The notes below the pieces were generated by a model. It saw nothing but the letters and a program-made list of their open reading frames with translations. It made no database searches and had not been told where the DNA came from. DNA of 64,000 nt, from contig CAVVPN010000011.1 in NCBI GenBank assembly GCA_963750165.1, forward strand, positions 2,112,001-2,176,000, written 5' to 3'. Source of the DNA: an uncultured Gemmataceae bacterium. Lineage in GTDB: Bacteria > Planctomycetota > Planctomycetia > Gemmatales > Gemmataceae. Position 1 is the stretch's first letter; each line of letters opens with the position of its first letter. A program made the translations under genes and the position numbers. This document shows positions 1-11,962 of the stretch, in pieces.

Positions 1-1
1 G

Positions 2-1264
2 ACCACCAACCCGGTGAAGTGGGACAATGGCTACTTCGACAACCTGTTCGGCTACGAGTGGCAGGTGATGAAGGGCCCGGGCGGTGCGTGGCAGTGGACT
101 CCCAGGGAAGCAGCGGCCCAGGGCACCGTGCCGGACGCGCACGACCCGTCGAAGAAGCACGCCCCCATGATGTTCACGACGGACCTCGCACTGCGGCTGG
201 ACCCGGTCTACGCGCCGATTGCGAAGCGCTTCCACGCGAACCCGGACAAGCTCGCCGAGGCCTTTGCGAAGGCGTGGTACAAGTTGACGCACCGCGACAT
301 GGGGCCTGTCTCGCGGTTGCTCGGCCCGCTGGTTCCCGAGCCGCAGTTGTGGCAAGACCCTGTCCCCAGGGTCGATCAGCCATCGATCGGGAAGCAGGAC
401 ATCGCGCAACTCAAGGCCAGGATCCTGGCATCAGGACTGTCCGTTTCGCAACTGGTGACAACCGCCTGGGCCTCGGCGTCCACGTTCCGTGGCACCGACA
501 AACGCGGTGGAGCGAACGGGGCGCGCATTCGCCTGGCGCCGCAGAAGAATTGGGAAGTCAACCAACCGGCCGAACTCGCGAAGGTTCTGCAGACTCTCGA
601 GAAAATCCAGAAGGATTTCAACAGCGCGCAGTCTGGCGGGAAGAAGGTCTCGCTCGCGGACGTGATCGTTCTGGGTGGGTGCGCCGCCGTTGAGGCAGCT
701 GCGAAGAAGGCCGGCCATGACGTGCAGGTTCCCTTCGCGCCGGGACGCGCCGATGCGTTGCAGGAGATGACCGACGTGGAATCCTTTGCCGTGCTCGAAC
801 CGACGGCAGACGGCTTCCGCAACTACCTCCGAACGGGAGACGACCGACCGGCGGCGGAACTGCTGGTGGATCGGGCGCACCTGCTGACGCTGACCGCTCC
901 TGAGATGACGGTGCTGGTCGGCGGGATGCGCGTGCTGCATGCAAACTTCGGGCAGTCCGAGCTGGGGGTCTTCACCGAGCGACCCGGGTCACTGACCAAC
1001 GACTTCTTCGTGAACCTGCTCGACATGAGCACGGCCTGGCGGAAGTCCTCCAAATGCGAGCACTTCTACGAGGGGTGTGACCGCCGGACGGGTGCGGTCA
1101 AGTGGACTGGCACCGCCGTTGATCTCGTCTTCGGTTCGAACTCTCAGCTCCGAGCCATCGCGGAAGTCTACGCCTGCGACGACTCGCAGCAGGCGTTTGT
1201 GCGTGACTTTGTGGCTGCGTGGGACAAGGTGATGAATCTTGACCGCTTCGACCTTGTCGCGTAG
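2..1264 (+). CDS. katG: Catalase-peroxidase, C-terminal part (5' end outside window)
   Basis: Motifs [47 protein letters not shown] and KVMNLDRFD; frame is open from the window start. Confidence 0.97.
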   Translation, partial: TTNPVKWDNGYFDNLFGYEWQVMKGPGGAWQWTPREAAAQGTVPDAHDPSKKHAPMMFTTDLALRLDPVYAPIAKRFHANPDKLAEAFAKAWYKLTHRDMGPVSRLLGPLVPEPQLWQDPVPRVDQPSIGKQDIAQLKARILASGLSVSQLVTTAWASASTFRGTDKRGGANGARIRLAPQKNWEVNQPAELAKVLQTLEKIQKDFNSAQSGGKKVSLADVIVLGGCAAVEAAAKKAGHDVQVPFAPGRADALQEMTDVESFAVLEPTADGFRNYLRTGDDRPAAELLVDRAHLLTLTAPEMTVLVGGMRVLHANFGQSELGVFTERPGSLTNDFFVNLLDMSTAWRKSSKCEHFYEGCDRRTGAVKWTGTAVDLVFGSNSQLRAIAEVYACDDSQQAFVRDFVAAWDKVMNLDRFDLVA

Positions 1265-1293
1265 GCATCAACGGGGCAAATCTGCCATGGGGA

Positions 1294-1563
1294 TTGAATA
1301 CGCATGATGCGTATGACCGCTGCGTGGGGACCGACGCCCATCGGTTCGGTGGTCAGCGCGTGTGCGGCGGCGGGCAGTGCCGCACGGACCTGTTGGACCG
1401 GGCCGTGTGGGACGACGCCTGCGCCCTGCTGGCGGACCCCGAGCGGCTGCGCCGCGCCACGAGCGCCGGCGCCGGGGGCAGAAAAAGCAGGGAGGCCGCC
1501 CCGGCGACCCTCGAACCAGAAATCACTTGCGCCCCGCTGACAGAAACCCTGTCATCGTGCTGA
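1294..1563 (+). pseudogene. Remnant of a large serine recombinase (zinc-ribbon region)
   Basis: YDRCVGTDAHRFGGQRVC...CRTDLLDRAVWDDACALLADPERLRR resembles the segment after the LSR Zn ribbon; no catalytic domain. Confidence 0.6.
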
Positions 1564-2326
1564 AAAATCGCCCCGTGCGCTGCAACTCGTCCAGGTGCGC
1601 CAGCCATGACCGCCCTTCCGCCGCCGTGATGGTCCCGTTCGCCACGGCTCGCTCCACTGTCGGCGGCCCCAGGATCGGCAGCGCCAGCGCCGGCGTCAGC
1701 ATCAGCGTGTACGGCGTCACGCTCAGGTCGCGCAGTCCCAGTTCCGCCAGCAGCGCCGGGATGTGCCGGCCCAGCCAGCCGTTGCGGACGCTGTCGCACC
1801 AGGCGTTAATCATCTTGCGGCCCAGCACCCGATCCTCCGCGTCGATCACCAGCGCGCCGAAATCGACCTCGAAGACGACCACCCGACCGCCCGGCCGTGT
1901 CACGCGCCGCAGTTCCGCCAGCGCTTGCCGCGGGTCGGGCACGTGCATCAGACTGCGGTCGGCCAGACAGCCGTCGAAGCTGTCGTCGCCGTACGACAAC
2001 CCTAGCACATCCGCGCTCGCAAACGTGACCGGCAGCCCCGTGTCAGCGGCGCGCTCCCGGGCCACGGCGAGCATGGCCTGGCTGTTGTCGATGCCGACCA
2101 CCGCGCCGCCAGGCATCACCAGACGAGCCAGCGCCCGCACGTCGTCGCCGGTGCCGCAGCCGGCGTCCAGGAAGCGCCGCCCCGGTGCCGCGTCCAGCAA
2201 TTCGACCATGCGCCGCTTGTACGCCTGGAACGACGCCTGGGCGCCGGCCTCGTCCAGGAAGCGCACGAAGTAGTCCGGGTCCGCCGATTGATCGATGCTG
2301 CCGAACCGCGCCAGCGTCTCTGCCAT
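1523..2326 (-). CDS. Class I SAM-dependent methyltransferase
   Basis: FLDAGCGTGDD motif I, DDSFDG, LAELRRVTRPGG. Confidence 0.92.
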   Translation of the reverse strand: MAETLARFGSIDQSADPDYFVRFLDEAGAQASFQAYKRRMVELLDAAPGRRFLDAGCGTGDDVRALARLVMPGGAVVGIDNSQAMLAVARERAADTGLPVTFASADVLGLSYGDDSFDGCLADRSLMHVPDPRQALAELRRVTRPGGRVVVFEVDFGALVIDAEDRVLGRKMINAWCDSVRNGWLGRHIPALLAELGLRDLSVTPYTLMLTPALALPILGPPTVERAVANGTITAAEGRSWLAHLDELQRTGRFFSTMTGFLSAGRK

Positions 2327-2420
2327 GACCGTCTCCGCATTTCGTAAAAAGCCGGTATGTCCTGCGGAAATTGTACGAACGCCGCCGAGGAAGCCATGAG
2401 CACACCGACCGCCGTTTCAC

Positions 2421-2530
2421 GGGGCGGCCAAGCAGTGGGCCAGCCCAAGACCGGGACGCATTGTTTGGCCGCCCTTCACAGTCTTCTGCACCCTCGTCCA
2501 GTCGAGAAGGGCGGCCAAGCAGTGGCACAC
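2421..2530. repeat. Intergenic REP-like repeat cluster
   Basis: GGGCGGCCAAGCAGTGG occurs twice with an inverted copy (TTTGGCCGCCCTT) between. Confidence 0.6.
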
Positions 2531-2663
2531 TACCCTTTCCGTACCGACTACAGGAGCGCTCCGGTTTCTGATCCCGGTGGACACTGCCAGGCACAGGTGG
2601 GTAAGATCGCTGCCTGTGTTCATTGGGCCAACTGGCACCGAATGTCCATCAAGGAGGACCGTC

Positions 2664-3797
2664 ATGAAGCACCTTGCGACCGCGCTGGCGGCGTGCGCGC
2701 TGCTCTGGACCAGTGCAACTCGGCTGGAAGCGCAGCCGAAGAAGGAGCCGAAGTACCGCGGCAAGCCCATCGCGTACTGGGTGGAGCGACTGGCCAACGA
2801 CAAGGGCGAGGATCGGTATGCGGCGCTGAAGGCGGTGCAGGCGTTTGACGCGGCGGCTCGGTCGAAGGCGGTGCCCATCCTGACCGAGATGCTGGAGGAC
2901 CGCGACCCCGAATTTCGCGTGTTCGCCGCCGACGCTCTGGGAGAGTTAACAGCAGCACCCGGGTCGGCGGTGCCGGCTCTGGCGGCAGCCCTGGCAGACG
3001 ACACCCTGCATGTGCGTGCCGCTGCCGCGAAGGCGCTGCGGTCATTCGGGACGGCTGCCCGCGCGGCGGCGCCAGCCCTGGTGAAATTGCTCAGCGGGGA
3101 AAAGGAACACTGGCCGGCTTCCGAAAGCATCCAAACGCTCGCGGAGATCGCTCCCGGTGATGAAGCCGCCCTGAACGCCATGAAACAGGTATATCTGAGT
3201 CCGCCTGGGGAACAAAAGGAGTCTGGACGCTACTGGTGGCGGAGATCGGTCATCACGGCGCTCGGAAAAATGGGGCCCGCGGGGCAACGCTTGCTGATCG
3301 AATTTCTGGAAGGCTACGTGGCCCGCGTTCGGGAATGGGGCAACGCTGATGACGAATACCGGGTCGGCAACGCCCGAGAGATTTGTCAGCAACTGGTCGG
3401 GGCCAAGGCCAAACCGGCCGCGGCGGCACTCACGCGGCTTTTGGAGCACAAGGATCGCGAATTGCGCCGCGACGCCGCCTGGGCATTGTGGCAGGCCGCC
3501 AGGCATTCCAAATGCGTGCCGACCCTGTCCAGTTGTCTGGTTTTCTCAGCCAGGCCGCCAACTCCCACTATCCGAAAACAAAATGACGTGGACCGGGAGG
3601 TGCTCCGCTACCTGGCCGAAATCGGTCCCGCGGCGCAGGAAGCCATGCCGACGCTCGCCCAGGTGCTCGAAACCATCAAAAATGACCGGGAGTCGCTGCT
3701 CGACAGCCAGCGGTCGGGTGGCACCCAGGAACTGCGTGACCTGGTGATACAGACGCAGCGCAAAATCGCCCCGGAGAAGTACGGCCGCACGCCCTGA
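2664..3797 (+). CDS. Secreted HEAT-repeat protein
   Basis: AAGGAGG RBS, signal peptide, YRGKPIAYW, repeated VRxxAAxAL / AVPAL HEAT motifs. Confidence 0.85.
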   Translation: MKHLATALAACALLWTSATRLEAQPKKEPKYRGKPIAYWVERLANDKGEDRYAALKAVQAFDAAARSKAVPILTEMLEDRDPEFRVFAADALGELTAAPGSAVPALAAALADDTLHVRAAAAKALRSFGTAARAAAPALVKLLSGEKEHWPASESIQTLAEIAPGDEAALNAMKQVYLSPPGEQKESGRYWWRRSVITALGKMGPAGQRLLIEFLEGYVARVREWGNADDEYRVGNAREICQQLVGAKAKPAAAALTRLLEHKDRELRRDAAWALWQAARHSKCVPTLSSCLVFSARPPTPTIRKQNDVDREVLRYLAEIGPAAQEAMPTLAQVLETIKNDRESLLDSQRSGGTQELRDLVIQTQRKIAPEKYGRTP

Positions 3798-3856
3798 CCT
3801 GTCCTGCGGGCGTGCGGCCGCGATACGATGAAGCACGGCGGCCCTGCGGAGGGGCG

Positions 3857-4430
3857 ATGAGCGACCCACGACCGTTGCACCGGCTGTTCGGCCTGTCCTG
3901 GGTGGACTTCTTCCACGGCACCGGCGTCACCGTGGAAACCGAGGTGGACCTGTCGCGTCAGCAGCAGTTCCTCGACCTCGCGATCGTCCGCCCGGGACCG
4001 GAGCCAATCCCGCGGCCGCTGCCGGACGGCTTCGAGGACCTGGCGACGCACAACCTGGTGACGTTCAAGTCGCCCCAGGAGGCGCTCGACGCCTGGGCGG
4101 TGTGGGAGTTGGTTCACCACTTCGTCGGCTACCGCAAGTGGTCCAACCCGTCGCTGGACGACCTGCTGCCGGTGGCGGACTATCGGCTGTACGCGGTCTG
4201 CCCCCGCTACCCGCAGCAGCTGGCGCAGACGGTGCCGCTGACGCCGCTGCGGGACGGCGTGTATGAGGCGGCTGGGTTCGGGCTGCGCATCCGCGTCATC
4301 GTGACGGGCAGCTGGCGCTGGAAGAGCAGAACGCCATGCTGCACCTGTTCTGCGTCCGGGATGAAACGCTGAGTTACGGGCGGGAGCATTACCAACAGTA
4401 TTCGCCCGAGACGAGTTTCCTGCTCTTGTG
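3857..4430 (+). pseudogene. Conserved hypothetical protein, frameshifted and truncated
   Basis: HRLFGLSWVDFF...EVDLS.QQQFLDLAIVR...LPDGFEDLATHNLVTFKS; continues in another frame near 4310 (QLALEEQNAMLHLF) and then degenerates. Confidence 0.55.
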
Positions 4431-4684
4431 TTCCTGGCTTTTCCTTGCCTGTGGTACGCGGGCTGGTTAAGATGCCAGGAGAATGACCCGATCCAGGCGA
4501 AATCTGTTCATTTGTGAAACAAATCTGCCGATTGTAGGAAACGCAGGAATAAGCTCCGCACGGGTTCTCCCGGTATGACGCCTGGGGTCCACAGGGTGGG
4601 GCGGGAAACAACCGATTGGTTTGCGAGGCAGCGGGTCTATGGAATGACGGACTAACTCCGATACCTTTTCACGCGAAGGCAGCC

Positions 4685-7600
4685 ATGAGCGAACTGTCCC
4701 CCGCTACGGCCCCGACCCCGAAGAAGCGCAGGAGGCGGATTCGCCGCATCCTGGGTGTAGTTGCGATCCTGCTGGTTGTCCTGGTCGTGACGGCACCCTG
4801 GCTGGTGTCCCACACCGGACTTCGCGACCCGTTGATCAACTGGGTTCTGGCGAGCCCAAGCGTCACGGCTTCCAGCGACAGTGCGTCCCTCGGCTGGTTT
4901 TCGTCTCCGTCCATGCGCGGCCTCCATTTGAAGAGTGCCAACGGCCGCCTCGACATCCGCGCGGAAGAGATTACCGCGGAGCAGTCACTCGTGCAGCTGT
5001 TGGCTTCCTCGCCGGACCTCGGCACGATCACGGTTGAGAAGGGGCATGTGCAGCTGGAATTGCCGCTCGACGTCCAGCTCCAGGAACGAGAGAGCCGGCT
5101 TGAGCCGACCTTCACGGCGACGGTCAAGGACGCATCCCTCACGGTGCGCCTGGCCGGGGAGGCCGAGCCGGTCATCGACATCGATGGCATCAACCTGACT
5201 ATTCGCGTGGAGCATGAGGGGGAAGGCCGCGTACTCACCCTTGACCCCGTCGTCATCTTCAACCGGCGGAAGCTGTCCCCGAAGCTGACCACCAGGCTGC
5301 TCCAGCTCATCGACCCCACGATGACCGACTCCCCGCAGATCAGCGGGGAGATTTCTCTTTCCCTGGATAAACTGCGCATGCCGATTGGCGTCCCCAGGGA
5401 CAAGGCGGTCAAGGGTGTGGAGCTGGAAGGCAAACTCGTGCTCCATCAGGTGTCCGGGGAAGTAAAAAACCCGCTGCGGCAGTCGCTGGTTCGACTGGTC
5501 GCTGACATGAACGGCAAGGACGCACCCAGGGTGATGCGTATCACCCAGGACACCGAGATCCGCTTCAAGGTGCGCGACGGCCGGTTGCACCACGAGGGCC
5601 TGCGCATTGGTCTGCCGGACATCGACCCGGAACTGCAACTGACCTCGCGCGGCTCCGTCGGCCTGGACAGGACGCTGGATCTGTTCGTGGAACTGCCCCG
5701 CCTGGATCCGGCGCTGCGCAAGGAGAAGGGCCCGGCCAAATGCCGCATCACCGGGACCATCAACGACCCGAAGATCACCGTCGAGGACGGTTCCCTCGTC
5801 TTGCGCCAGGACAAGAGCAAGGAACCGATCCTCGCCGCCGACGGCATCCAGATGACCATGCAGCGTCGAGGACACCGGCAAGGGCCGCGTGCTCGCCGTG
5901 GAGCCGTTCGAGGTCTTCAAGAAGCGGAAATTGAGCCTCGGGGTGGCGCCCGGCCTGGTGAGGTTGCTGGCGCCGGACGTCGAGAGCGAGCGGCAGGTGG
6001 ACGGCGAAATCTCCCTGTCGTTCAGCAAGCTCCACGTCCCGCTCGGCGTCCCCCGCGACCAGGCGGTCAAGCAACTGCAGGCGGAAGGCAAGCTTACCCT
6101 GCACCACGTTGCCTCCGAAGTGAAAGGCCCAATGTGGCAGACCTTGATCCAGCTGGTCGCGGACCTGAACGACAAGAAGGTATCCGACCCGATCCGCCTG
6201 GCCGCCGTCGAGTCGGAGATTCGCTTCGAGGTGCGTGACGGCCGACTGTACCACGAAGGGTTGCGCATCGGCTTTCCGGACATCGACCCGGAATTGCAAC
6301 TGACCTCGCGCGGCTCCGTCGGGCTGGACAGGACGCTGGACCTGTTCGTGGAACTGCCCCGCCTGGATCCGGCGCTGCGCAAGGAGAAAGGCCCGGCCAA
6401 GTGCCGCATCACCGGCACCATCAACGACCCAAAGATCACCATCGAGGATGCGTCTCTGGTCCTGCGCCAGGACAAGCGCGCGGAACCGATCATCGCCGCC
6501 GACGGCATTCAGATGACCGTACGCCTGGAGGACACCGGCAAGGGCCGCGTGCTCGCCGTGGAGCCATTTGAGGTCTTCAAGAAGCGGAAATTGAGCCTCG
6601 GGGTGCCGCCCGGCCTGGTGAGGTTGCTGGCGCCGGACGTCGAGAGCGAGCGGCAGGTGGACGGCGAAATCTCCCTGTCGTTCAGCAAACTCCGCGTCCC
6701 GCTCGGCGCCGGCAAGAAACAGGCGGGCAAGCAACTGGAGGCGGAAGGCAAGTTCACCCTGCATCAGGTTTCCTCCGAGGTCAAAGGCCCCCTGTGGCAG
6801 GCCGTGATCCGGCTGGTCGCGGACCTGAACGACAAGAAGGCGTCCGGCAAGATACGACTGGTCGCTGACGCAGAGGTTCCCTTTCAGGTGCGCGACGGCC
6901 GGCTGCACCACGAGGGCATGCGCGTCGGCTTTCCGGACATCGACCCGGAGATGGTGGTCCGTTCGCGCGGCTCGATTGGCCTGGATAAAACGCTGGACCT
7001 TCACCTGGAACTGCCCCGGTTGCGCAAGGACAAGCGCGACCTGGGCCCGCTCAAGTGTCACATTACCGGGACCCTGAGTCAGCCGATCATTGCCATCCCG
7101 GACGCCGCCCTGGTCGTCCACCTGACCGATGAGGATCAGGTGGCTCTCAAGGCTGACCACGTCAACCTGGTGTTTCGGGTCGAAACCTCCGGGGAGGTGC
7201 GGCTGCTGACGCTGGCGCCGGTCAAGGTCTTCGACAAACAGAAGCTGACGCCCGAAATGGGCGACCAGTTGCTGACCCTGATCACGCCAACCCTGGCGGA
7301 CCTTTCCGGCGTGCAAGGCACGATCTCCCTGTCCTTCGACACCTTCCGCGTGCCCCTGGGGGTTCCGAAAAAGGAGTTCGTCAAGCGCGTCGAGCTGTCG
7401 GGGAAACTCCACCTGCATGAGATCTCCGTCTCCACGAAGACCCCACTACTCCAGACCCTGGTCAAGGTGATGGCCGACATGTACGGCAAGAAACCGTCCG
7501 AGGTGGTGCGTCTAGTTGAAAATGCGGAGGTCCGCTTTCAGGTGAAGGACGCCCGGATCCACCATGAGGATATGCGTTTCGGCTTTCCGGATATTTCCAG

Positions 7601-7775
7601 GGACCTGCTGATTCGCTCGCGCGGCTCCGTCGGCTACGACAGGACGCTCGACCTCACGCTTGATGTTCCCTCCATCATCGTGGGAAAAAAGACGCTGCCT
7701 CCCGTGCGCATGCGCGTCACGGGAACAATCGAAAAACCGATCGTGACGGAGGTCAAGGATGGCAAAGGCAAATAA
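4685..7775 (+). CDS. Large membrane-anchored protein with four ~220-aa internal repeats (AsmA-like beta-rich); +1 frameshift near 5865
   Basis: ORFs 4616-6238 and 5889-7775 join; repeat spacing is 661 nt across the break and 660 nt after it; each unit has FxVRDGRLxHEG..G.PDIDP...SRGSVGLDRTLDL. Confidence 0.8.
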
Positions 7776-7791
7776 CTCCCAAGGAGGGGTC

Positions 7792-8790
7792 ATGATTTTC
7801 CATAACGCCGGCCGGCGGACCGGGCTGGTTCCTTTCGCGGTCTGTGCTTTACTCCTGGTGGCGCTGCCGGTGCGCGGCCAGGCCCCGCCCGCGCAACCAG
7901 GCGAAATCAAGGCGGTCGTGCGGATCTCGAAGGACCTGATTCAGGACGTGGCGGGCCGCAAGGAAATCGTCGCGGCCGTTCCGTACGACGCGCTGGTCCT
8001 GGGGTTCCGTTGTCAAGGGGTGATCGACGGCAGCGCCAACCTGTCGGTGGAGATGTCAACCGCCCAGGGCGAGGCGGACTTCGTCGTGTACGGTCAGGGC
8101 GCGGCCCAGACCTACGTCCGGGGTGTTCGCGGACCGATCGTTGCCCTGGGCCCGGCGTGGGGCCCCTTTGTTTCCCGGACGGTGGTGCACTTCGACGGCA
8201 GGAAGTTCACCGTGGTGGAAACCACACCCTGGGCGGAGGTCCACGGCGCGCTGGACCGCGTGGAAGGGCGCCACGGGAGGCTGCCCGGGCGTGTCGTCGG
8301 CCGCCTGGCCCTTCCCATCGGTCGGCGGCTGGTGCCGCACGCGGAAGCGCAAGCCACGCCGATTGGCGAGTTCTACCTCAAGACCTTCGTGGACGACCTG
8401 GCCGACAAGATTGTCACGAGGCTCAACCGCACCACCGCCGTGGAAGAATCGCTGCAACGGCTCTTTCCCAGGACCAAGGACTGGGTTTTTCAGACGTCCG
8501 CGGATACCCAGTTCCTCCAGGCGGCCTACGGCCCACGGGGCGCCACGGTGCCGGTCCTGCCCGAAAACCCCGGGCGCCTCAAGGACGTCCGCATGGAGCT
8601 GTGGTTGCAGTCCACGACCACGGAGGCCCAGGCCCTGGTCAAGTTGACCAAACTGCCGCTTGCCAAGCAACTCGTCGCCAAGTACCTCGAAGCGACCCTT
8701 CCCAACCTGGCCGCGATGACGGACAATCGGTCGGTCGTTTCGGTCGGTCCGTGGCTGGTAATTAGCATCGGTGCGCCGAAGGCGGACTGA
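7792..8790 (+). CDS. Secreted hypothetical protein
   Basis: AAGGAGG RBS, signal-peptide-like N-terminus, directly follows the upstream gene. Confidence 0.75.
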   Translation: MIFHNAGRRTGLVPFAVCALLLVALPVRGQAPPAQPGEIKAVVRISKDLIQDVAGRKEIVAAVPYDALVLGFRCQGVIDGSANLSVEMSTAQGEADFVVYGQGAAQTYVRGVRGPIVALGPAWGPFVSRTVVHFDGRKFTVVETTPWAEVHGALDRVEGRHGRLPGRVVGRLALPIGRRLVPHAEAQATPIGEFYLKTFVDDLADKIVTRLNRTTAVEESLQRLFPRTKDWVFQTSADTQFLQAAYGPRGATVPVLPENPGRLKDVRMELWLQSTTTEAQALVKLTKLPLAKQLVAKYLEATLPNLAAMTDNRSVVSVGPWLVISIGAPKAD

Positions 8791-8817
8791 TTCGAAGAGA
8801 AAAACGAAGAGAGTAAG

Positions 8818-8925
8818 AGTCTGTTCCAAAAGCAGGTGGCGGCACGTTTCCAACATGCCGGTCTTCACGTATTGCGGGATGTCGGCACGTTACCAACGTG
8901 CCGCCACCTGCTTTTGGAACAGACT
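8818..8925. repeat. Palindromic element with perfect 31-bp arms (REP/MITE-like)
   Basis: AGTCTGTTCCAAAAGCAGGTGGCGGCACGTT at 8818-8848 and its reverse complement at 8895-8925. Confidence 0.85.
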
Positions 8926-9217
8926 TTTAGAGTCGGGAGGTGGCTCCGTGTACCAGCATGCCGTCGCCATTACCCCGGTGGGATCACGGTGGAGGGTGGG
9001 TCGTTCCCTGTAGAGCATCCCGTGACGGCGGCCTTCCCCCTCCCTTTGCTGGGTCGGCTCCCACATTTCCCGTTGCGAGGCCTGCTCAGCAATACGTCCA
9101 GGAACGATTTCTCCTGGGAGTCAGGGAGCTCATGTCAAGGCCCCTGTTTCTTTGCTTGCTCGTCGGCGTCGGCCTGCCGGACTTCTTGCGGAGGCCAGTA
9201 GTTCGCATAACCGCGGG

Positions 9218-10551
9218 TCACTTCTGCACCGGCACCCGGAACTCCAACCGCTTGCCGCCGCGCAGCACCGTCACGGTCACCACGTCGCCCGGCCGCTTCT
9301 GCATCACACCGTAAGCCAGCACATCCGTCTCGCGCAGCAGGTCCGTGCGGCCATCGAAAGACACGATCACATCCCCCTGGCGGATGCCGGCCTTGAAGGC
9401 GGTGCCGTGCGGGCCGCTGCCCTGGCCGACATATTTGGCTCGCAGCACCATGCCCGTCTCCGGCAGCCCCGCTTTCTTGCGCTGCTCCGGCGGCACGCTT
9501 TCCAGCAACACGCCGCCCAGCGCCATCCGCCGCAGGCCCCAGCTCGACGCCCGCCAGGAAATGTCCTCGCGCTGCCGCCAGCCCTTCGGCAGCGTCAGCG
9601 TCACGTCCGCGTTGGCGCTGTGCGCTTCACCACCGCCTTGAGCGTCGCCCCCTCCGGCGCCGCCTGGTGCAGCACCCACTGCACATCCGCAATCGACAGC
9701 AGCGGCTGCCCCTGCAGTGACAGGATATTGTCACCCTGCTTGAAGCCCGCCTTCTCCGCCAGCGAGCCCACCTCCACACGCTGCACCTTCGCCCGCTCCT
9801 TCGGGTCCAGGATCAGGCCCAGAACCTTCGGGTGCGGATACTGGAACACCACCCGCTCGGGCAGCACGCCGTCGCGCTCACGGTACAGCGCCCGCTGGGC
9901 GTCGCCGATCTGGTGGCAGTGGATGCAGCTCTGCACCAGTTTGCCGCTGGTGTTGTCCAGTGTCGCCTTGTAGCGGTCCTTCAGCATCGGGTACTTCTCC
10001 GGCGACGGCACCTCCGGCGCGGGGCCGCGCTTGCCGGCCAGCGCCGCGCGGTTCTTCGGGTACTGCCGGTGCAGTTCCAGCGCTCCCTTCAAGGCGTTGG
10101 CCAGACCCTCAATGCTTACGTCGTCGGACCAGTAGGTGCGGTGCGAACGCGTGCCGTAACGGCCGTAGATGGTGCCGTCGGCGTTGAGCAGGAAGGCGGC
10201 GAAGGACTGATCCGTGTCGAACTGGAATAGCGTCAGGTCCAGGCCGTTGGTGGACACAACGCGGACGCAGACGAATTGCTCCAGCAGCGGCCGCACCCGT
10301 TTGTCCTCGTTGACCAGCTCGTCGTCGAGTTTGACGCACTCCACGCACGGGATGCAGCGCATCACCACGAGCAGCGGTTTGCCGGTCTTTTTCGCCTCGG
10401 CGAAACCGCGCGGCAGATCGTTGTAGATCCACAGGGCGTCGTTCGCGAATTTCTTGCGGTCGGCGAGCACCTTTTCTTCGCGGGTCTGGGCGCCGGCCAG
10501 GCCGATCACGGTTAGCCAGGCGGTCAGCGCGAGCGGGACGGTGCGGGACAT
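9218..10551 (-). CDS. Thioredoxin-like/PDZ domain protein (Trx7/PDZ type); frameshift near 9620
   Basis: WIYNDL..GFAEAKKTGKPLLVVMRCIPC, CIHCH, two PDZ motifs; split between ORFs 9601-10581 and 9218-9679. Confidence 0.8.
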
Positions 10552-10641
10552 GCGGGGTCCTTTCGCAGTTGGAGGGAGCAAGCTCAGGTGGGAACCCTTG
10601 GCGTTTGTTTATGTAATCCCTCGTTGGCGGGAAGGGCCGGG

Positions 10642-11751
10642 TCAATCGACCAACCGGACGCTCAGTTGCAGCGTCGCGTCGCCACGGCGCAGCCGCAGCA
10701 GCGCCCGGCCGAGCAGCCACTGCCGCCGCAGTGCCCGCCGGAACGCCTCGGCCGTGGCCACGCCGGTGCCGTCCACGGCCGTCACCGTGTCGCCCTTGCG
10801 GAGCCCGGCCCGCGCCAGGGCCGAGTCCGCCGTCACCTGCTCCACGCGAACCGCGCCCTGCACCGTGGTCACCGTCACGCCGGCGCGCGCCGGCTCGAAG
10901 AACCACGCCAGCAGCCGCGCTTCCTGCGCGCGCACGCGGGGCTGCGCGGTCTTGTTCCAGCGCTGAATGGCGCCGCCCGCCGCCAGCACGCTGTCGAAGG
11001 GCCGCCCGAACTTCACCGCTCCGCGCGCCAGAATGACGCTGCGAACCGCGTCACTGCCCACCGTCACGTCGCCGTCGCAGACGACCAGGCTGTCCACCAG
11101 CTGACCGCGGACGTACACGTCGCCGTTGGCGAAGATGGCCGCCCCGAACACGTTGTCGTTGATCGTCACCGGGCCGCCGGCCACGACCACCGCGTTGCCG
11201 ACGCTGCGGCAGGTGACCGCGCCGGCGGCGACGACCTTGCCGCGGGCCAGGGTCAACGGCCTGGTGACCGGCACCACCGGCCCGCCCTCGAGGTCGAACT
11301 TCAGCGGCCGGCCGGCCTGCCCGGTCAGGGTCGCGATCGCCTTCTGCAGGGCCGCCCAGTCCGCGGCGTCGGCGTCGCCTCCCTTCGCGGTCAAGTATGC
11401 GACGAAGGTGTCCACGCCGGCCCGGTCCGTCTTGCCCAGGAGCTGTGCCGTCGCCCGCGCCAGACACTGCGCACGCAGCTCGCCGACCAGCCGTTCCGCC
11501 CGCTGGCGCAACGGGGTGTCAGGGCCGGTCAGGACCTTCTCCAAAGCCGGCAACGCCTCCACGCCGAGCAGCAGCAGTTCCTTACGCGCCGCCTCGCGCT
11601 TGACGATGTACTTGCTGTCGAGCTGTTGCACCAGCTGGTCGATCTGCTGCCGCCGCTTGGGAGTCGGTTGCCCCTGCTGTCCGGACACCGGCGCCGCCAC
11701 GAGACCGATGGTCGTCAGCACGAGTACCAGTTTGCACTGGTCGAGCAACAT
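10642..11751 (-). CDS. Secreted protein with C-terminal PDZ domain
   Basis: Signal peptide, helical N-domain, beta-helix-like GxV repeats, ARAGLRKGDTVTAVDG PDZ motif. Confidence 0.75.
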   Translation of the reverse strand: MLLDQCKLVLVLTTIGLVAAPVSGQQGQPTPKRRQQIDQLVQQLDSKYIVKREAARKELLLLGVEALPALEKVLTGPDTPLRQRAERLVGELRAQCLARATAQLLGKTDRAGVDTFVAYLTAKGGDADAADWAALQKAIATLTGQAGRPLKFDLEGGPVVPVTRPLTLARGKVVAAGAVTCRSVGNAVVVAGGPVTINDNVFGAAIFANGDVYVRGQLVDSLVVCDGDVTVGSDAVRSVILARGAVKFGRPFDSVLAAGGAIQRWNKTAQPRVRAQEARLLAWFFEPARAGVTVTTVQGAVRVEQVTADSALARAGLRKGDTVTAVDGTGVATAEAFRRALRRQWLLGRALLRLRRGDATLQLSVRLVD

Positions 11752-11837
11752 GGGGATTCTCCTCAGCGCACGGGTGGAGGGAGGGAGCCGGCCCAGGTTA
11801 TCGTAGTTCTACGGTGCGAGGAGGGGAATGGAGGAGA

Positions 11838-11899
11838 TGTAGGACGGCTCTCCAGAGCCGTCTTCTTCGGCAGCGACGGCTCTGGAGAGCCGTCCTACA
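11838..11899. repeat. REP-like inverted repeat (GTAG type)
   Basis: TGTAGGACGGCTCTCCAGAGCCGTC and its reverse complement at 11875-11899. Confidence 0.8.
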
Positions 11900-11962
11900 C
11901 CTCGCCTTCCCCGCGCAGGAAGGCAGCTGAAGCCGGCGGTCAGGAGATCAGGAGTCGCCCGG

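Noticed and set aside
10340..10365. Selenocysteine in the Trx/PDZ protein
   Set aside because: The motif reads CIPC with Cys codons; there is no in-frame TGA.
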